Source: Candidatus Goldiibacteriota bacterium HGW-Goldbacteria-1
GTDB lineage: Bacteria; Oederibacteriota; PGYV01
Direction: 5' to 3'
Length of the DNA: 64,000 bases
Assembly: GCA_002839855.1 (NCBI GenBank)
Contig: PGYV01000002.1
Span: 203,125 to 267,124 of the forward strand
Both the position numbers and the translations under genes were made by a program. Below, in pieces: positions 47,239 to 57,689 of this stretch (positions are counted from its first letter, which is position 1; each line of letters begins with the position of its first letter). The notes beneath the pieces are model-generated. The model saw only the letters and a program-made list of their open reading frames with translations, did no database searches and was not told the origin of the DNA.

Positions 47239-48483
47239 ATGGAAAAGAAAAGAGTTGTCATTACCGGTATGGGTGTACTTACCCCGGTTGGGAATAACGT
47301 AAAAGATACCTGGGATGCGGTGCTTGCCGGTAAAAGCGGCATTGGCCTTATTACCCAGTTTGATGTTACGGCGTATCCCACTAAGATTGCCGGAGAAATA
47401 AAAAATTTTGATGCTTCAGAGGTCATGGAAAAAAAAGAAATCAGAAGGACGCCCGGGTTCATTCAGTATGCTTTAAAAGCAGCTAAAGAAGCCGTGGAAA
47501 TGTCGGGCCTTGAAAATGCATCAATTAATAAGGACAGGGTGGCTGTAATTGTAGGTTCGGGTATTGGCGGCATTTCCGTAATGGAAGAGCAGTACAAGAT
47601 TCTTACCGAAAAAGGCCCATCCAGAGTTTCTCCTTTCTTTATCCCGATGATGATTATTAACATGGCGGGAGCCTATATATCTATGCGTTACGGTTATCGC
47701 GGGCCTAATTACGGAATTGTGACCGCGTGCGCGTCAGGAACGCATGCTTTTGGAGAAGGCGCAAAAATGATTATCCGCGGCGATGCGGATGTAGCAGTGG
47801 TAGGCGGAGTTGAAAGTGCGGTCGGGCCTTTGGGCCTTGCCGGTTTCTGCTCGGCAAAATCACTGTCGCAGCGCAACGGCGATCCTACGACGGCCTCAAG
47901 GCCGTTTGACAAGGACCGCGACGGTTTTGTAATGGCGGACGGCGCCGGAATTCTTGTGCTTGAATCACTGGAGCACGCCAAGGCGCGCGGCGCGAATATC
48001 ATTGCGGAATACGCAGGCTACGGCGCTTCTGATGACGCTTACCATATGGTAGCGCCTCCGGAAGACGGAGCAGGCGGCGTTCTTTGCATGAAAAACGCGC
48101 TGGCTGATGCCGGAATAAAACCGGAACAGGTGGATTACATCAACGCGCACGGTACTTCAACTAACCTGAATGATAAAACAGAATCAAGAATTATCAGGGA
48201 AGTTTTTGGAGCGCATGCCAATAAGGTTATGATAAGTTCCACCAAATCAATGACAGGGCATATGCTTGGAGCCACAGGAGCGGTGGAAACCGTTATGTGT
48301 GCTTTATCCTGCAAATACGATGTGGTTCATCCCACCATTAATCAGTTCACCACGGACCCTGAATGCGGCCTTGATTACGTTCCCAATGTAAAAAGGGAAG
48401 CGGTTATTAATTATGCCGCATCAAATTCGCTGGGTTTTGGCGGGCACAACGCAACAATAATAGTAAAAAAATATAAAGAATAA
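47239..48483 (+). CDS. fabF: 3-oxoacyl-ACP synthase II
   Basis: 'VTACASGTHA', 'NAHGTSTNLND' and 'GHMLGATGAVE'. Confidence 0.9.
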   Translation: MEKKRVVITGMGVLTPVGNNVKDTWDAVLAGKSGIGLITQFDVTAYPTKIAGEIKNFDASEVMEKKEIRRTPGFIQYALKAAKEAVEMSGLENASINKDRVAVIVGSGIGGISVMEEQYKILTEKGPSRVSPFFIPMMIINMAGAYISMRYGYRGPNYGIVTACASGTHAFGEGAKMIIRGDADVAVVGGVESAVGPLGLAGFCSAKSLSQRNGDPTTASRPFDKDRDGFVMADGAGILVLESLEHAKARGANIIAEYAGYGASDDAYHMVAPPEDGAGGVLCMKNALADAGIKPEQVDYINAHGTSTNLNDKTESRIIREVFGAHANKVMISSTKSMTGHMLGATGAVETVMCALSCKYDVVHPTINQFTTDPECGLDYVPNVKREAVINYAASNSLGFGGHNATIIVKKYKE

Positions 48484-48489
48484 AATATT

Positions 48490-49176
48490 ATGCTTAAAGA
48501 AAGCTTCATTGAAGATTATCTTGACAAGAACGGGCTTTTAAATCAAAAGCCCGTTCTTGAAGCTTTAACACATAAGTCAGCCGAAGGCCCGCATTACGAA
48601 AGGCTTGAATTTTTGGGTGATTCGGTGCTTGGTTTGTGTGTTTCTGATTTTCTTTACAGCGAAATGTACGACACGGATGTAGGCTCCATTTCAAAAATTA
48701 AAGGTTATCTGGTAAGCAAGGATGTTCTTTACAGGATTGCGGTGGATAACAACCTTATCAAGCACATTGTATTTGGCAGCGCGCTGACAAAGAAAGATAT
48801 TAAGAATAACAGAAAAATAATGAGCGATGTCATTGAATCGCTTATAGGCGCCATATACCTGTTAAAAGGTTTTGAAGAAGTAAATGAATTCATAATGAAT
48901 ATTTATAAGGAAGAGTTTAAGAATATAGGCACAAAAAAAGACCTTGGCGATTATAAGTCGGAACTTCAGATGAAGATTCTTTCAAAAGGCACAAGGCTTC
49001 CTGAATACGCGGTGGTAAACGCGGAAGGCCAGGAGCATAAAAAAACTTTTTATGTGGAAGTTTCCCTGAATTCCGGGGTTATAGGAAAAGGAAAAGGAAA
49101 AACAATAAAGGAAGCTGAACAAGCTGCCGCTAAAAAGGCGCTGGGCTCCCCAAAAATCAAGGAGGCAAAGAAGTGA
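48490..49176 (+). CDS. rnc: Ribonuclease III
   Basis: 'ERLEFLGDSVLGLCV' and a C-terminal dsRBD 'EAEQAAAKKAL'. Confidence 0.9.
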   Translation: MLKESFIEDYLDKNGLLNQKPVLEALTHKSAEGPHYERLEFLGDSVLGLCVSDFLYSEMYDTDVGSISKIKGYLVSKDVLYRIAVDNNLIKHIVFGSALTKKDIKNNRKIMSDVIESLIGAIYLLKGFEEVNEFIMNIYKEEFKNIGTKKDLGDYKSELQMKILSKGTRLPEYAVVNAEGQEHKKTFYVEVSLNSGVIGKGKGKTIKEAEQAAAKKALGSPKIKEAKK

Positions 49177-50348
49177 ATTATTTTCTCTCGGATGAAGAAC
49201 AGATGATTGTGGAAACAAGCCGTGAACTTGCGGTTAAAAAGGTAAAGCCGGTAAGGGAACACTATGACGAAGCCGGGATTTTCCCGTGGGACATAGTAAA
49301 AGAAATGGCAAACCTTGGACTTTGCGGCCTTTATATTCCGGAAGAGTACGGCGGAATGTCAGGCGAAGGCAGTAAGGGAATAATGCAGCTTGTACTGTGC
49401 GTTGAAGAAATGTCAAAAATTTGCGGCGGTATATCGCTTGCAATGGCGGCATCCGCGCTGGGAACTTTCCCTATACTTCTGGGAGCCACGGCCGAACAGA
49501 AAAAGAAATATCTTCCGGATATCGCTTCCGGTAAAAAACTTGCAGCATTCGGCCTTACAGAAGCCGGTGCAGGATCAGACGCAGGTGCGATGAGGACAAC
49601 AGCGGTTAAAAAAGGAAATAAATATGTAATAAACGGTACAAAACAGTGGATTACAAACGGCAGCGAAGCCGAGACTTATACAGTTTTTGCAATAACAGAT
49701 AAATCCAAAGGCACCAGGGGCTGTTCCTGTTTTATTGTTGAAAAAGGGACACCGGGATTCACATTTGGAAAGAAAGAAAATAAGATGGGCATCAGGGCTT
49801 CGGCCACCACAGAACTTATTTTTCAGGACTGCGAAGTTCCGGAGGAAAACCTTGTGGGCGGAAAAGAAGGAATGGGCTTTATACACGCGGTAGGCACGCT
49901 TAACCATTCAAGGCCGGGAGTTGCGGCACAGGCGCTTGGTATTGCAGCGGGCGCTCTTGATGAAGCTCTGGCTTATTCCAGGCAAAGGGAGCAGTTTGGC
50001 ACAAAAATATCCTCTTTCCAGGCTGTTCAGCATATGCTTGCCAATATGGCGGTTGAAGTTGAAGCGGCAAGAGGGCTTATCTATAATGTAGCCCGCGGGG
50101 TTGATAAAGGAGCGGTAGATTTTGCTAAAGATTCGGCTATGTGCAAATATTACGCGTCAGAAGTGGCAATGAGGGTCACGACAAATGCGGTTCAGGTATT
50201 CGGCGGATACGGATATATGAAAGAATACCCCGTTGAAAAAATGATGAGGGACGCAAAAATCACACAGATATATGAAGGCACCAGCCAGATACAGTTAAAC
50301 GAAATAGCCGCAAAGCTTATTAAAGAACACGCGATGAAGAAAAAATAA
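49173..50348 (+). CDS. bcd: Acyl-CoA dehydrogenase (butyryl-CoA dehydrogenase-like)
   Basis: 'FGLTEAGAGSDAG' and 'YEGTSQIQ'. Lies immediately upstream of etfBA. Confidence 0.85.
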   Translation: MNYFLSDEEQMIVETSRELAVKKVKPVREHYDEAGIFPWDIVKEMANLGLCGLYIPEEYGGMSGEGSKGIMQLVLCVEEMSKICGGISLAMAASALGTFPILLGATAEQKKKYLPDIASGKKLAAFGLTEAGAGSDAGAMRTTAVKKGNKYVINGTKQWITNGSEAETYTVFAITDKSKGTRGCSCFIVEKGTPGFTFGKKENKMGIRASATTELIFQDCEVPEENLVGGKEGMGFIHAVGTLNHSRPGVAAQALGIAAGALDEALAYSRQREQFGTKISSFQAVQHMLANMAVEVEAARGLIYNVARGVDKGAVDFAKDSAMCKYYASEVAMRVTTNAVQVFGGYGYMKEYPVEKMMRDAKITQIYEGTSQIQLNEIAAKLIKEHAMKKK

Positions 50349-50419
50349 AACAGTCCGGTTCTTGTCAGCCGTAAAATTGCGCCTGACAGGCGGCCGGGAT
50401 AATTTACCAGGAGGAAAAT

Positions 50420-51211
50420 ATGAAAATTGTTGTATGCGTTAAACAGGTACCGGATACCACAAATATAAAAGTTGATCCGGAAACAGGCACATTAAAAAGG
50501 GAAACTGCCGGGACTGTAATGAATCCTTTTGACATGTATGCTATTGAAGAAGGTTTAAGGCTTAAAGAAAAACTTGGCGGCACGGTTACTGTTGTTTCTA
50601 TGGGGCTTCCGATGGCAAAAGATATGTTAAAGATAGCAATAGGAATGGGCGCTGATGAAGCAGTGCTGCTGTCAGACAGAAGGCTTGCCGGCTCGGACAC
50701 ATGGGCCACTTCTTACGCGCTTGCAAAGGTATGCGAAAAACTTGGATATGATGTAATTCTTTTTGGCAAACAGGCAGTTGACGGCGATACAGCTCAGGTT
50801 GGGCCTTCAACAGCAGCTTATCTGAATGTACCGCAGATTACATGGGTTAAAAAGATAAGGGAAATAAACGAAAAAGAGATAATTGCAGAAAGGCTTATGG
50901 AAGACGGCACAGACGTGGTTAAAGCATCGCTTCCTGTTGTGCTTACTGTTGTAAAAGAAATTAATGAACCAAGGCTTGAATCCCTTAAGGGGAAAATGAG
51001 GGCAAAGAAGTATGAAGTGCCCACGTGGACTCTTGATGATATCAATGGAGACGAGGCAATGGTAGGCGTAAAGAATTCGCCGACCAGGGTCAACAAATCC
51101 TGGACGCCTGTCAGGGAATTTGGCAAGGCGGAATTAATTACCGGCGCTGACGCAGCCGAGACTGCAGACAAGCTCTATGTTAGGTTAAAAGAGCTTGGCT
51201 TCATTAAATAA
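50420..51211 (+). CDS. etfB: Electron transfer flavoprotein beta subunit
   Basis: 'MKIVVCVKQVPDT' at the N-terminus. Confidence 0.85.
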   Translation: MKIVVCVKQVPDTTNIKVDPETGTLKRETAGTVMNPFDMYAIEEGLRLKEKLGGTVTVVSMGLPMAKDMLKIAIGMGADEAVLLSDRRLAGSDTWATSYALAKVCEKLGYDVILFGKQAVDGDTAQVGPSTAAYLNVPQITWVKKIREINEKEIIAERLMEDGTDVVKASLPVVLTVVKEINEPRLESLKGKMRAKKYEVPTWTLDDINGDEAMVGVKNSPTRVNKSWTPVREFGKAELITGADAAETADKLYVRLKELGFIK

Positions 51212-51224
51212 GGAGCTGATGAAA

Positions 51225-52229
51225 ATGGCCAACAAAGATGATTTTAGGGGAGTATGGATAGTAGCGGAGCAGCGCAATAATCAGCTGCATAAAGTAAGTT
51301 TTGAACTTCTTGGCAAAGGCCGTGAACTGGCTGATAAACTTGGAGTAAAATTATCAGCTGTGATAATGGGCGATAAAGTACAGGAGCTTGCAAAAGAGCT
51401 TGTGGCATACGGCGCGGATACGGTATATGTGGCTGATAACCCCAAACTTGCTCATTTCAATGACGAGCTTTACACGGAAGTTGTAACAGAGCTTGCGAAC
51501 AAACACAAACCGGAAATTATTATTACCGGCGCAACAGCGATAGGAAGGGCGTTTTTTCCGCGCGTTTCCATAAAGCTTAACGCGGGCTTAACAGCTGACT
51601 GCACGGATTTTGAACTTGATATGGAAAACAGAAACCTTCTGCAGGTAAGGCCCGCTTTTGGCGGAAGCCTTATGGCAAAGATTATGACGCCTGAAAAAAG
51701 GCCTCAGATGTCCACCGCAAGGTATAAAGTGTTTAAAGCCCTTGCAAAAGATGAAAGCAGAAAAGGCGAAATAGTGGATGCGGGCGTAAACGTGGATTCG
51801 TTTCAGGCAAAATCACAGTTTATGGAATTTATCCCTGAAGTTGAAACCACTATAAATATTGCGGAAGCCGACATGATTGTGTCAGGCGGGCGCGGTATCG
51901 GCGGAGCCGATAACTTTAAGATTGTAAAAGAATTTGCAGCTGCAATGGGATGCGCCGTCGGCGCTTCAAGGGCGGCGGTAGATTCAGGATGGATTCCTTA
52001 CAGCCACCAGGTCGGCCAGACAGGAAAAACAGTTTCACCCAAGCTTTACATGGCGCTTGGCATATCCGGCGCTGTTCAGCACCTTGCAGGAATGCAGAGT
52101 TCTGATATTATAGTTGCGGTAAATAAAGACCCCGAAGCCCCCATATTTTCAGTGGCAAAAGTGGGCGTGGTAGGCGATGTATTCCAGATAATACCGGCAC
52201 TGACGGAAAGAATCAAAAAAGGCTGTTAA
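51225..52229 (+). CDS. etfA: Electron transfer flavoprotein alpha subunit
   Basis: 'VSGGRGIG', 'SRAAVDSGWIPYSHQVGQTGKTVSPKLYMALGISGAVQHLAGM'. Start chosen at the ATG after an AAGGAG RBS. Confidence 0.85.
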   Translation: MANKDDFRGVWIVAEQRNNQLHKVSFELLGKGRELADKLGVKLSAVIMGDKVQELAKELVAYGADTVYVADNPKLAHFNDELYTEVVTELANKHKPEIIITGATAIGRAFFPRVSIKLNAGLTADCTDFELDMENRNLLQVRPAFGGSLMAKIMTPEKRPQMSTARYKVFKALAKDESRKGEIVDAGVNVDSFQAKSQFMEFIPEVETTINIAEADMIVSGGRGIGGADNFKIVKEFAAAMGCAVGASRAAVDSGWIPYSHQVGQTGKTVSPKLYMALGISGAVQHLAGMQSSDIIVAVNKDPEAPIFSVAKVGVVGDVFQIIPALTERIKKGC

Positions 52230-52243
52230 AAGCCTGTTATAAG

Positions 52244-52278
52244 CAAAGGCCGTGGAGAAATCCACGGCCTTTTGCATT
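52244..52278 (+). terminator. Rho-independent terminator after etfA
   Basis: AAAGGCCGTGG-agaaat-CCACGGCCTTT followed by TGCATTTAT. Confidence 0.7.
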
Positions 52279-52334
52279 TATGTCGTTGTTTGGATTTTGT
52301 GTCTTTGCTTATTTAATTCTTGTGTATAGTCTTG

Positions 52335-52362
52335 GTAGCCGCACCCTTTAGGGTGCGTTGTT
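52335..52362. repeat. REP-like palindromic hairpin GTAGCCG-CACCCTTTAGGGTG-CG
   Basis: Same element as 10808-10840 (GTAGGCGAACCCTTTAGGGTGCGGCAGTTG). An 8-bp stem. Confidence 0.7.
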
Positions 52363-52416
52363 TAGACTTATTTGTTATTCGATTATAGAATCTTTTAAAA
52401 TGTTTCAGGGGTAAAA

Positions 52417-53451
52417 ATGGAAAAAACAGACCTGCGCAATTACACCAGAGATGAACTTGAAGTAATCGTCAAATCCCGTGGCGGAAACAAAATTGACTCT
52501 GCGTCATTATTTGAATGTTTATACAGATTAAAAGCAACAGATTTTAGTGACATAAAAGGGGTAAATTTAAAAGTTCTAAAACTTATAGAATCAGATTATT
52601 CATTAAGTCCTTTAAAGGTATGCGCCAGACAGGAATCCAAAAAAGATAAGACCATAAAAATGCTGCTTGCGCTTCCCGACGGCAAAAAAACAGAAAGTGT
52701 TGTCATTCCAAGCGGGCATGGATACTCCGCCTGCATTTCATCACAGGCAGGATGCGCCTGCGGGTGCGCTTTCTGCGCCACAGGCAAAATTGGTTTTAAA
52801 AGAGATTTAACGGTATCTGAAATAACAGGGCAGTATATGGCAGCAGAACATGCAGCCGGCGGTAAAATTAATAATATAATTTTTATGGGGATGGGAGAGC
52901 CGTTTTTAAATTATGAAAATCTGATAAAAAGCATAAATATTTTAACTGACCATAAAGGGTTTGCCTTTCCGCAGACAAAGATAACCGTATCCACCTGCGG
53001 TATTGTGCCAAAAATAAAAGCCCTTGCGGATTCAGGGTTAAGGGTGAATCTTGCGGTTTCAATTGTTACAGCGGACGCAAAGCAAAGAAGCAGATTAATG
53101 CCGGTTAATAAGAAATATCCGCTTGCGGAAGTAATAAAAGCTGTCAAATATTACAATCAAAAGGCTAAAAGGCAGGTCTTTTTTGAATATATAATGTTTG
53201 ACGGTATTAATGATAATCCTGAAGATGCCGAAAAACTTTATGAAATAATTAAAGATACAGACTGCAAGGTAAACCTGATAATTTATAACACCGTTAAAGG
53301 CGGGGAGTTTTCGTCCGCTCGTGATGAAAAAACAAAAGCATTCCAGAAGATACTTGTAGATAAGGGCATAAGGACTTATCAGCGCAGGGAAAAAGGCGCG
53401 GACATCTCAGCCGCATGCGGGCAGCTTGCAGGGGAAGCAGATAATGGGTAA
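52417..53451 (+). CDS. rlmN: Radical SAM 23S rRNA/tRNA adenine-C2 methyltransferase RlmN
   Basis: CxxxCxxC 'CACGCAFCATG'. Conserved C-terminal 'DISAACGQL'. Confidence 0.85.
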   Translation: MEKTDLRNYTRDELEVIVKSRGGNKIDSASLFECLYRLKATDFSDIKGVNLKVLKLIESDYSLSPLKVCARQESKKDKTIKMLLALPDGKKTESVVIPSGHGYSACISSQAGCACGCAFCATGKIGFKRDLTVSEITGQYMAAEHAAGGKINNIIFMGMGEPFLNYENLIKSINILTDHKGFAFPQTKITVSTCGIVPKIKALADSGLRVNLAVSIVTADAKQRSRLMPVNKKYPLAEVIKAVKYYNQKAKRQVFFEYIMFDGINDNPEDAEKLYEIIKDTDCKVNLIIYNTVKGGEFSSARDEKTKAFQKILVDKGIRTYQRREKGADISAACGQLAGEADNG

Positions 53452-54502
53452 CAAGACAGCGGTTAAAGTTTCAATAATAATTGTGATTGTCTTTGTCATT
53501 ATGCTGCTTTGCGGATGCGGCGAAAAACAGGTGTTTAATAAGGTTGGTTTTTATTACTGGAAAACTGTTTTTAACTTAACCTCTGCTGATACGGAACTTA
53601 TGAAAAAATTCAGGGTAAGCAGTCTTTATGTAAGGATGTTTGATGTATCATATGACAATGTATCGGGAAAACATACCTTCAGGCAGCCGGTGATGAATTT
53701 AAAACCCGTTGAAGGGGTAGTGCTTTTTCCCGTCATATTCTTATTGCCTGATACGTTTGCGCGCGGCAAGGGTAATGATCCGAAAAAAGCTGCAGCAGTA
53801 ATAATAAAAGAGCTGGATAAATTATGGAAGAGCCAGCTTGTAAAATACAGCGAAGTACAGTTTGATTACGACTGGTCGCAGGGGACTAAAGAGGCCTATT
53901 TTGAATTTCTAAAAGCAGCTGGAGAAATATATGTAAAAACAGGTATTAAAATCAGTGTTACTGTAAGGCTGCACCAGTATAAATACTGGAAAAAACTTGG
54001 GGTTCCACCGTCTGACAGGAAAAAAGTCATGGTATATAATATGAGAGATCCGCAGACTTTTGGGGAGTTAAATACAATCCTTAATATTAAGGATATGAAG
54101 AGTTATATCAGGGGGAATGTGAAATATCCGGAAAAAGTGGATGTAGTACTGCCCGTATATTCATGGTATATACAGTATAACGGAGGGAAAATAGCGGGGA
54201 TATTTACTGATATTCCCCGGGAACAGATATCAGAAGGCGGTTATTTTAAAAGATATAAAAAAAATATTTTCATTGCCCAAAAAAGAGTTATGATAAAAGG
54301 GCATGAGATATCAGCAGGGGATATTTTAAAAAAAGAGTGTGTAACGGAGAAGGATTTAAACAGAACTTTAAGCCATATAAAGAAAAATATGAATCTGTCT
54401 GGAGAGTTGATTTACTTTGGGTGGGATAAAAATAAAATTGACGAGGTGGGGAATGAAACGGTTTATAGGAATGTTATTTCTGCTGTACACAGCAACGATT
54501 AA
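53444..54502 (+). CDS. Hypothetical lipoprotein
   Basis: Signal/lipobox 'VIMLLCGCG'. The ATG overlaps the rlmN stop. Confidence 0.4.
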   Translation: MGNKTAVKVSIIIVIVFVIMLLCGCGEKQVFNKVGFYYWKTVFNLTSADTELMKKFRVSSLYVRMFDVSYDNVSGKHTFRQPVMNLKPVEGVVLFPVIFLLPDTFARGKGNDPKKAAAVIIKELDKLWKSQLVKYSEVQFDYDWSQGTKEAYFEFLKAAGEIYVKTGIKISVTVRLHQYKYWKKLGVPPSDRKKVMVYNMRDPQTFGELNTILNIKDMKSYIRGNVKYPEKVDVVLPVYSWYIQYNGGKIAGIFTDIPREQISEGGYFKRYKKNIFIAQKRVMIKGHEISAGDILKKECVTEKDLNRTLSHIKKNMNLSGELIYFGWDKNKIDEVGNETVYRNVISAVHSND

Positions 54503-57500
54503 CATACTTGCATGTCCTATGGGGCCGTCGTTGGGCGGGTTAAAGCCAAGTTTTTATGAATATGATGACTCCGTTTTATTTGAAGGCGTGACCGCCACGG
54601 CTTCGATGTATGGCAGGACTAATGATTACCCCGGAATTGCTCAGGAGTGGGAGGATTTTACAGGTAATACCACAGCGGTTAATAATTTAATTCCGTATAT
54701 TTACGGCAATGCAGATTACTTTGAAGAAAGTTATTATAATGATGAAACAAAGCAATATATAAAAGATTTGCATGAAGTTTTTATTATGAATCGTGAATCG
54801 CCTTACGGGGAAAGTCCATATCAGGAAGGATTTGATGACAGAATCAAAGTTAAATTTGAAGCCGCTGAACAGCTTTTTATAAAAAAAAGATATGCGTATT
54901 TATTCATACGGGTTTGCTTTAGCATGAAGAAATATAATAAGGTTAAGGAAATGTATGAATCTGTATTTCTGAGTGATAAATCGCAGGATATCCCTTATTA
55001 TAGGTCGCGTGGATATTATGCGGGTTCGCTTTTAAAGCTGGGTGATAAGACGAAGGCTATTGATGAATATATAACCTTATACAATGAATACCCAAACTAC
55101 AGGGGTACAATCAAAGAGGATATAATAAAAAACTCCATAAGCAGTGAAATTGACGGTTATGCTAAAAGTACAACTGATACGGCAAAAAAGTATACCGTTG
55201 CATATATTTCAGGAAATCTGGATATTATGACTGATATCGGCCCGCAATACTGGGAAACCCTGTCAACACTGCACCGCAGGTTTAAGGCGTTTCAAAGATC
55301 ATATCTGGCAAATAACTGGAAGAATATTATAGGTAATAAAAATCCAGGGAGTTTCGGAGATTCAATAAAGAAACTTTCTACAAAAGCCATGAATAACGAA
55401 CTTGCGTTATATAAAGGGTATTTTGAAAAGATACTTGCAGGATCTCAGTCGCAGGTTGTATCTGCGTATTGTAATGCTTGCCTTGGATATATTTGCAGCT
55501 TGGAGGGTGACTGGAAAAATGCTTCAAAATATATTAAAAAAGCAAAGAAGTACGAGGAAGTTCCGGAGATATTGAAAAACCAGGTAGAAATATTCATGTA
55601 TTTTAATGAACTTGCAGCGGCAACGGATACAAAAAAATTTTTAAAATCCAATGCCGAAGATTTTAATATTTTTGCGAAGAAGAACTGCATGGTCAACAAT
55701 AGTGAAGGCTGCTACGGTATGGGATGGATGGATAATGGGTACCCCGCGGATAACCTTATGATAATGCTTGCCCAAAAATTTTATCTTGAAGGCGATAAAA
55801 CGCGAAGCGCCGCATGTTTTAATAAAACGTGTGTTGATGATATAGGAAAATTTCTTCTTGATATGGAGATGACGGACAAAGAGTTTGAAAAAACCGCCAT
55901 CTTTATAACCGCTGCGCCTGATAACGAATTTGACGGTTTTCTTAAAGAGGGTTTCTATATAAATGATTTAAAGGAATGGAATTACCTGCTGGGGGTACGG
56001 AAACTGCGGGAAAAAGATTTTGTGTCGGCTTCCAAATACTTGAATGCCGCAGACCGGGACATGTTCTTTGCTCCGGATGAAAAAAAGTATTATTATTACG
56101 ATTATAATTATAGAGATAATAGGGGTGTTAAGCTGTTAAATAAAACAGTATATTTTAAATCTGCCGAAGACAAGTCTGAAGTAAAGAATAAAAAGGAAAT
56201 AGCAGAATACCTTGAAGCCCTTGAGAAAAGTGCTAAAAATGGGAAAGATGCCGCGGAGAACTACTTTAAAATGGGGCTGGCATATTACAGCTGCCCTTAC
56301 ATAGGATATTCTGATATTTTATGGAATGGCGGGATGTGGTACGGTATCAGGTACTATTGTGAACCTGATTGCTGGATAACAAGAGGGATAATAGATAATA
56401 AAAAGATGAGCGGTATTATTTCATCGTTTTATGAGGATAAATATAACAGGTTGAAATCCGCGCGGGAATATTTCATTAAGGCGGAAAAGGAAAATATGAA
56501 ATCAGGCAATAAAGAACTTAGCGCAAACTGTCTTATTTATACCGCACAGACAAAAGTGAAGACGAAATATACCAAAGATCATATAGGATATTTAAAAAGC
56601 CTTCCGGAATATAAGGAATTAATTAATAATTACCTTGAAACTGAAACAGTTAAAAATTTTGTAAACTCCTGCTCCTGGTTTGCGTCTGCCGCAGATGGCA
56701 GGGTAACTGTTATACCAACTGCCACAAATACGCCGAATGTCACCGCCACTGTAATTGCACAACAGACAGCAGCGGTACATGCGCGTGAAACCGCCACGAT
56801 GACGGCAATTTTTGTGACAAAATGGGAGACTCAGAGGGATAAAAACGGGGAAACAGGAGATCCTAAGAGCATGACAATTGACAGCCAAAACAACATTATA
56901 GTTGTTGATAATAAACTGCATAATATTCAGAAATATTCTGCTTCAGGAGCGTTGCTGAATATTATGGGATCTGTAGGGGCGGATGAAGGACAGTTTATTA
57001 AAGCTGCAGGAATAGCAGCTGACAGCCAAAACGATATTTATATATACGATAATGAGTTGAAGTATATTTCTAAATTTTCATCGAAAGGTGAATTTATTAA
57101 GAGATTTAAGCTTAATTATACGGAGGATACATATTTTCTGTCGAATATCCGCCAGGTATGCATGGACAGTAAGGGCTTTGTATATTTGTGGTACGGAAAC
57201 AAAGTTTTAAAGGTAAAACCGGATAAAGATATAATTGAAATAACTCCTGCGGATGTAATGGTTTTTGATTATGTGATAAACGGAATTGCAGTTGACTCAA
57301 AAGATAATTTGTATCTTCATGACGAAAAATCAAATACGATTCATAAAATACGTAATAACGGCAAAATATTGGATTTAAATGTTGAAAAAAAGATTAAAGG
57401 CGCTTTTTGGTATCTTAGAATTGCTGTTGACCGGAATGAAAACATATATCTTGTGGAAACTGACAAGTACATAGCGAAATATTCATCTAAAGGCAAATAT

Positions 57501-57647
57501 ATTATTGGATGGCAAAACATAGGTACACGCGACGGCGTTTTTGAGTATATTAATTCCATTGACCAGCTGGCAGTTGACAGGGATGGATATTTATATGCTT
57601 TAGCTTATGCTTCTAACGGGAGATTTGTACTGAAATTTAAGCTGTAA
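54453..57647 (+). CDS. Large secreted protein with an N-terminal TPR-like helical region, a Thr-rich linker and C-terminal NHL-type beta-propeller repeats
   Basis: Signal 'FIGMLFLLYTATINILA'. Linker 'TATNTPNVTATVIAQQTAAV'. NHL-like blades 'GIAVDSKDNLYLHDE', 'IAVDRNENIYLVETD' and 'LAVDRDGYLYALAY'. Confidence 0.55.
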   Translation: MKRFIGMLFLLYTATINILACPMGPSLGGLKPSFYEYDDSVLFEGVTATASMYGRTNDYPGIAQEWEDFTGNTTAVNNLIPYIYGNADYFEESYYNDETKQYIKDLHEVFIMNRESPYGESPYQEGFDDRIKVKFEAAEQLFIKKRYAYLFIRVCFSMKKYNKVKEMYESVFLSDKSQDIPYYRSRGYYAGSLLKLGDKTKAIDEYITLYNEYPNYRGTIKEDIIKNSISSEIDGYAKSTTDTAKKYTVAYISGNLDIMTDIGPQYWETLSTLHRRFKAFQRSYLANNWKNIIGNKNPGSFGDSIKKLSTKAMNNELALYKGYFEKILAGSQSQVVSAYCNACLGYICSLEGDWKNASKYIKKAKKYEEVPEILKNQVEIFMYFNELAAATDTKKFLKSNAEDFNIFAKKNCMVNNSEGCYGMGWMDNGYPADNLMIMLAQKFYLEGDKTRSAACFNKTCVDDIGKFLLDMEMTDKEFEKTAIFITAAPDNEFDGFLKEGFYINDLKEWNYLLGVRKLREKDFVSASKYLNAADRDMFFAPDEKKYYYYDYNYRDNRGVKLLNKTVYFKSAEDKSEVKNKKEIAEYLEALEKSAKNGKDAAENYFKMGLAYYSCPYIGYSDILWNGGMWYGIRYYCEPDCWITRGIIDNKKMSGIISSFYEDKYNRLKSAREYFIKAEKENMKSGNKELSANCLIYTAQTKVKTKYTKDHIGYLKSLPEYKELINNYLETETVKNFVNSCSWFASAADGRVTVIPTATNTPNVTATVIAQQTAAVHARETATMTAIFVTKWETQRDKNGETGDPKSMTIDSQNNIIVVDNKLHNIQKYSASGALLNIMGSVGADEGQFIKAAGIAADSQNDIYIYDNELKYISKFSSKGEFIKRFKLNYTEDTYFLSNIRQVCMDSKGFVYLWYGNKVLKVKPDKDIIEITPADVMVFDYVINGIAVDSKDNLYLHDEKSNTIHKIRNNGKILDLNVEKKIKGAFWYLRIAVDRNENIYLVETDKYIAKYSSKGKYIIGWQNIGTRDGVFEYINSIDQLAVDRDGYLYALAYASNGRFVLKFKL

Positions 57648-57689
57648 TATATATTTTGAAGTTTTTATCAGGTTAAATATAATTCCGGA

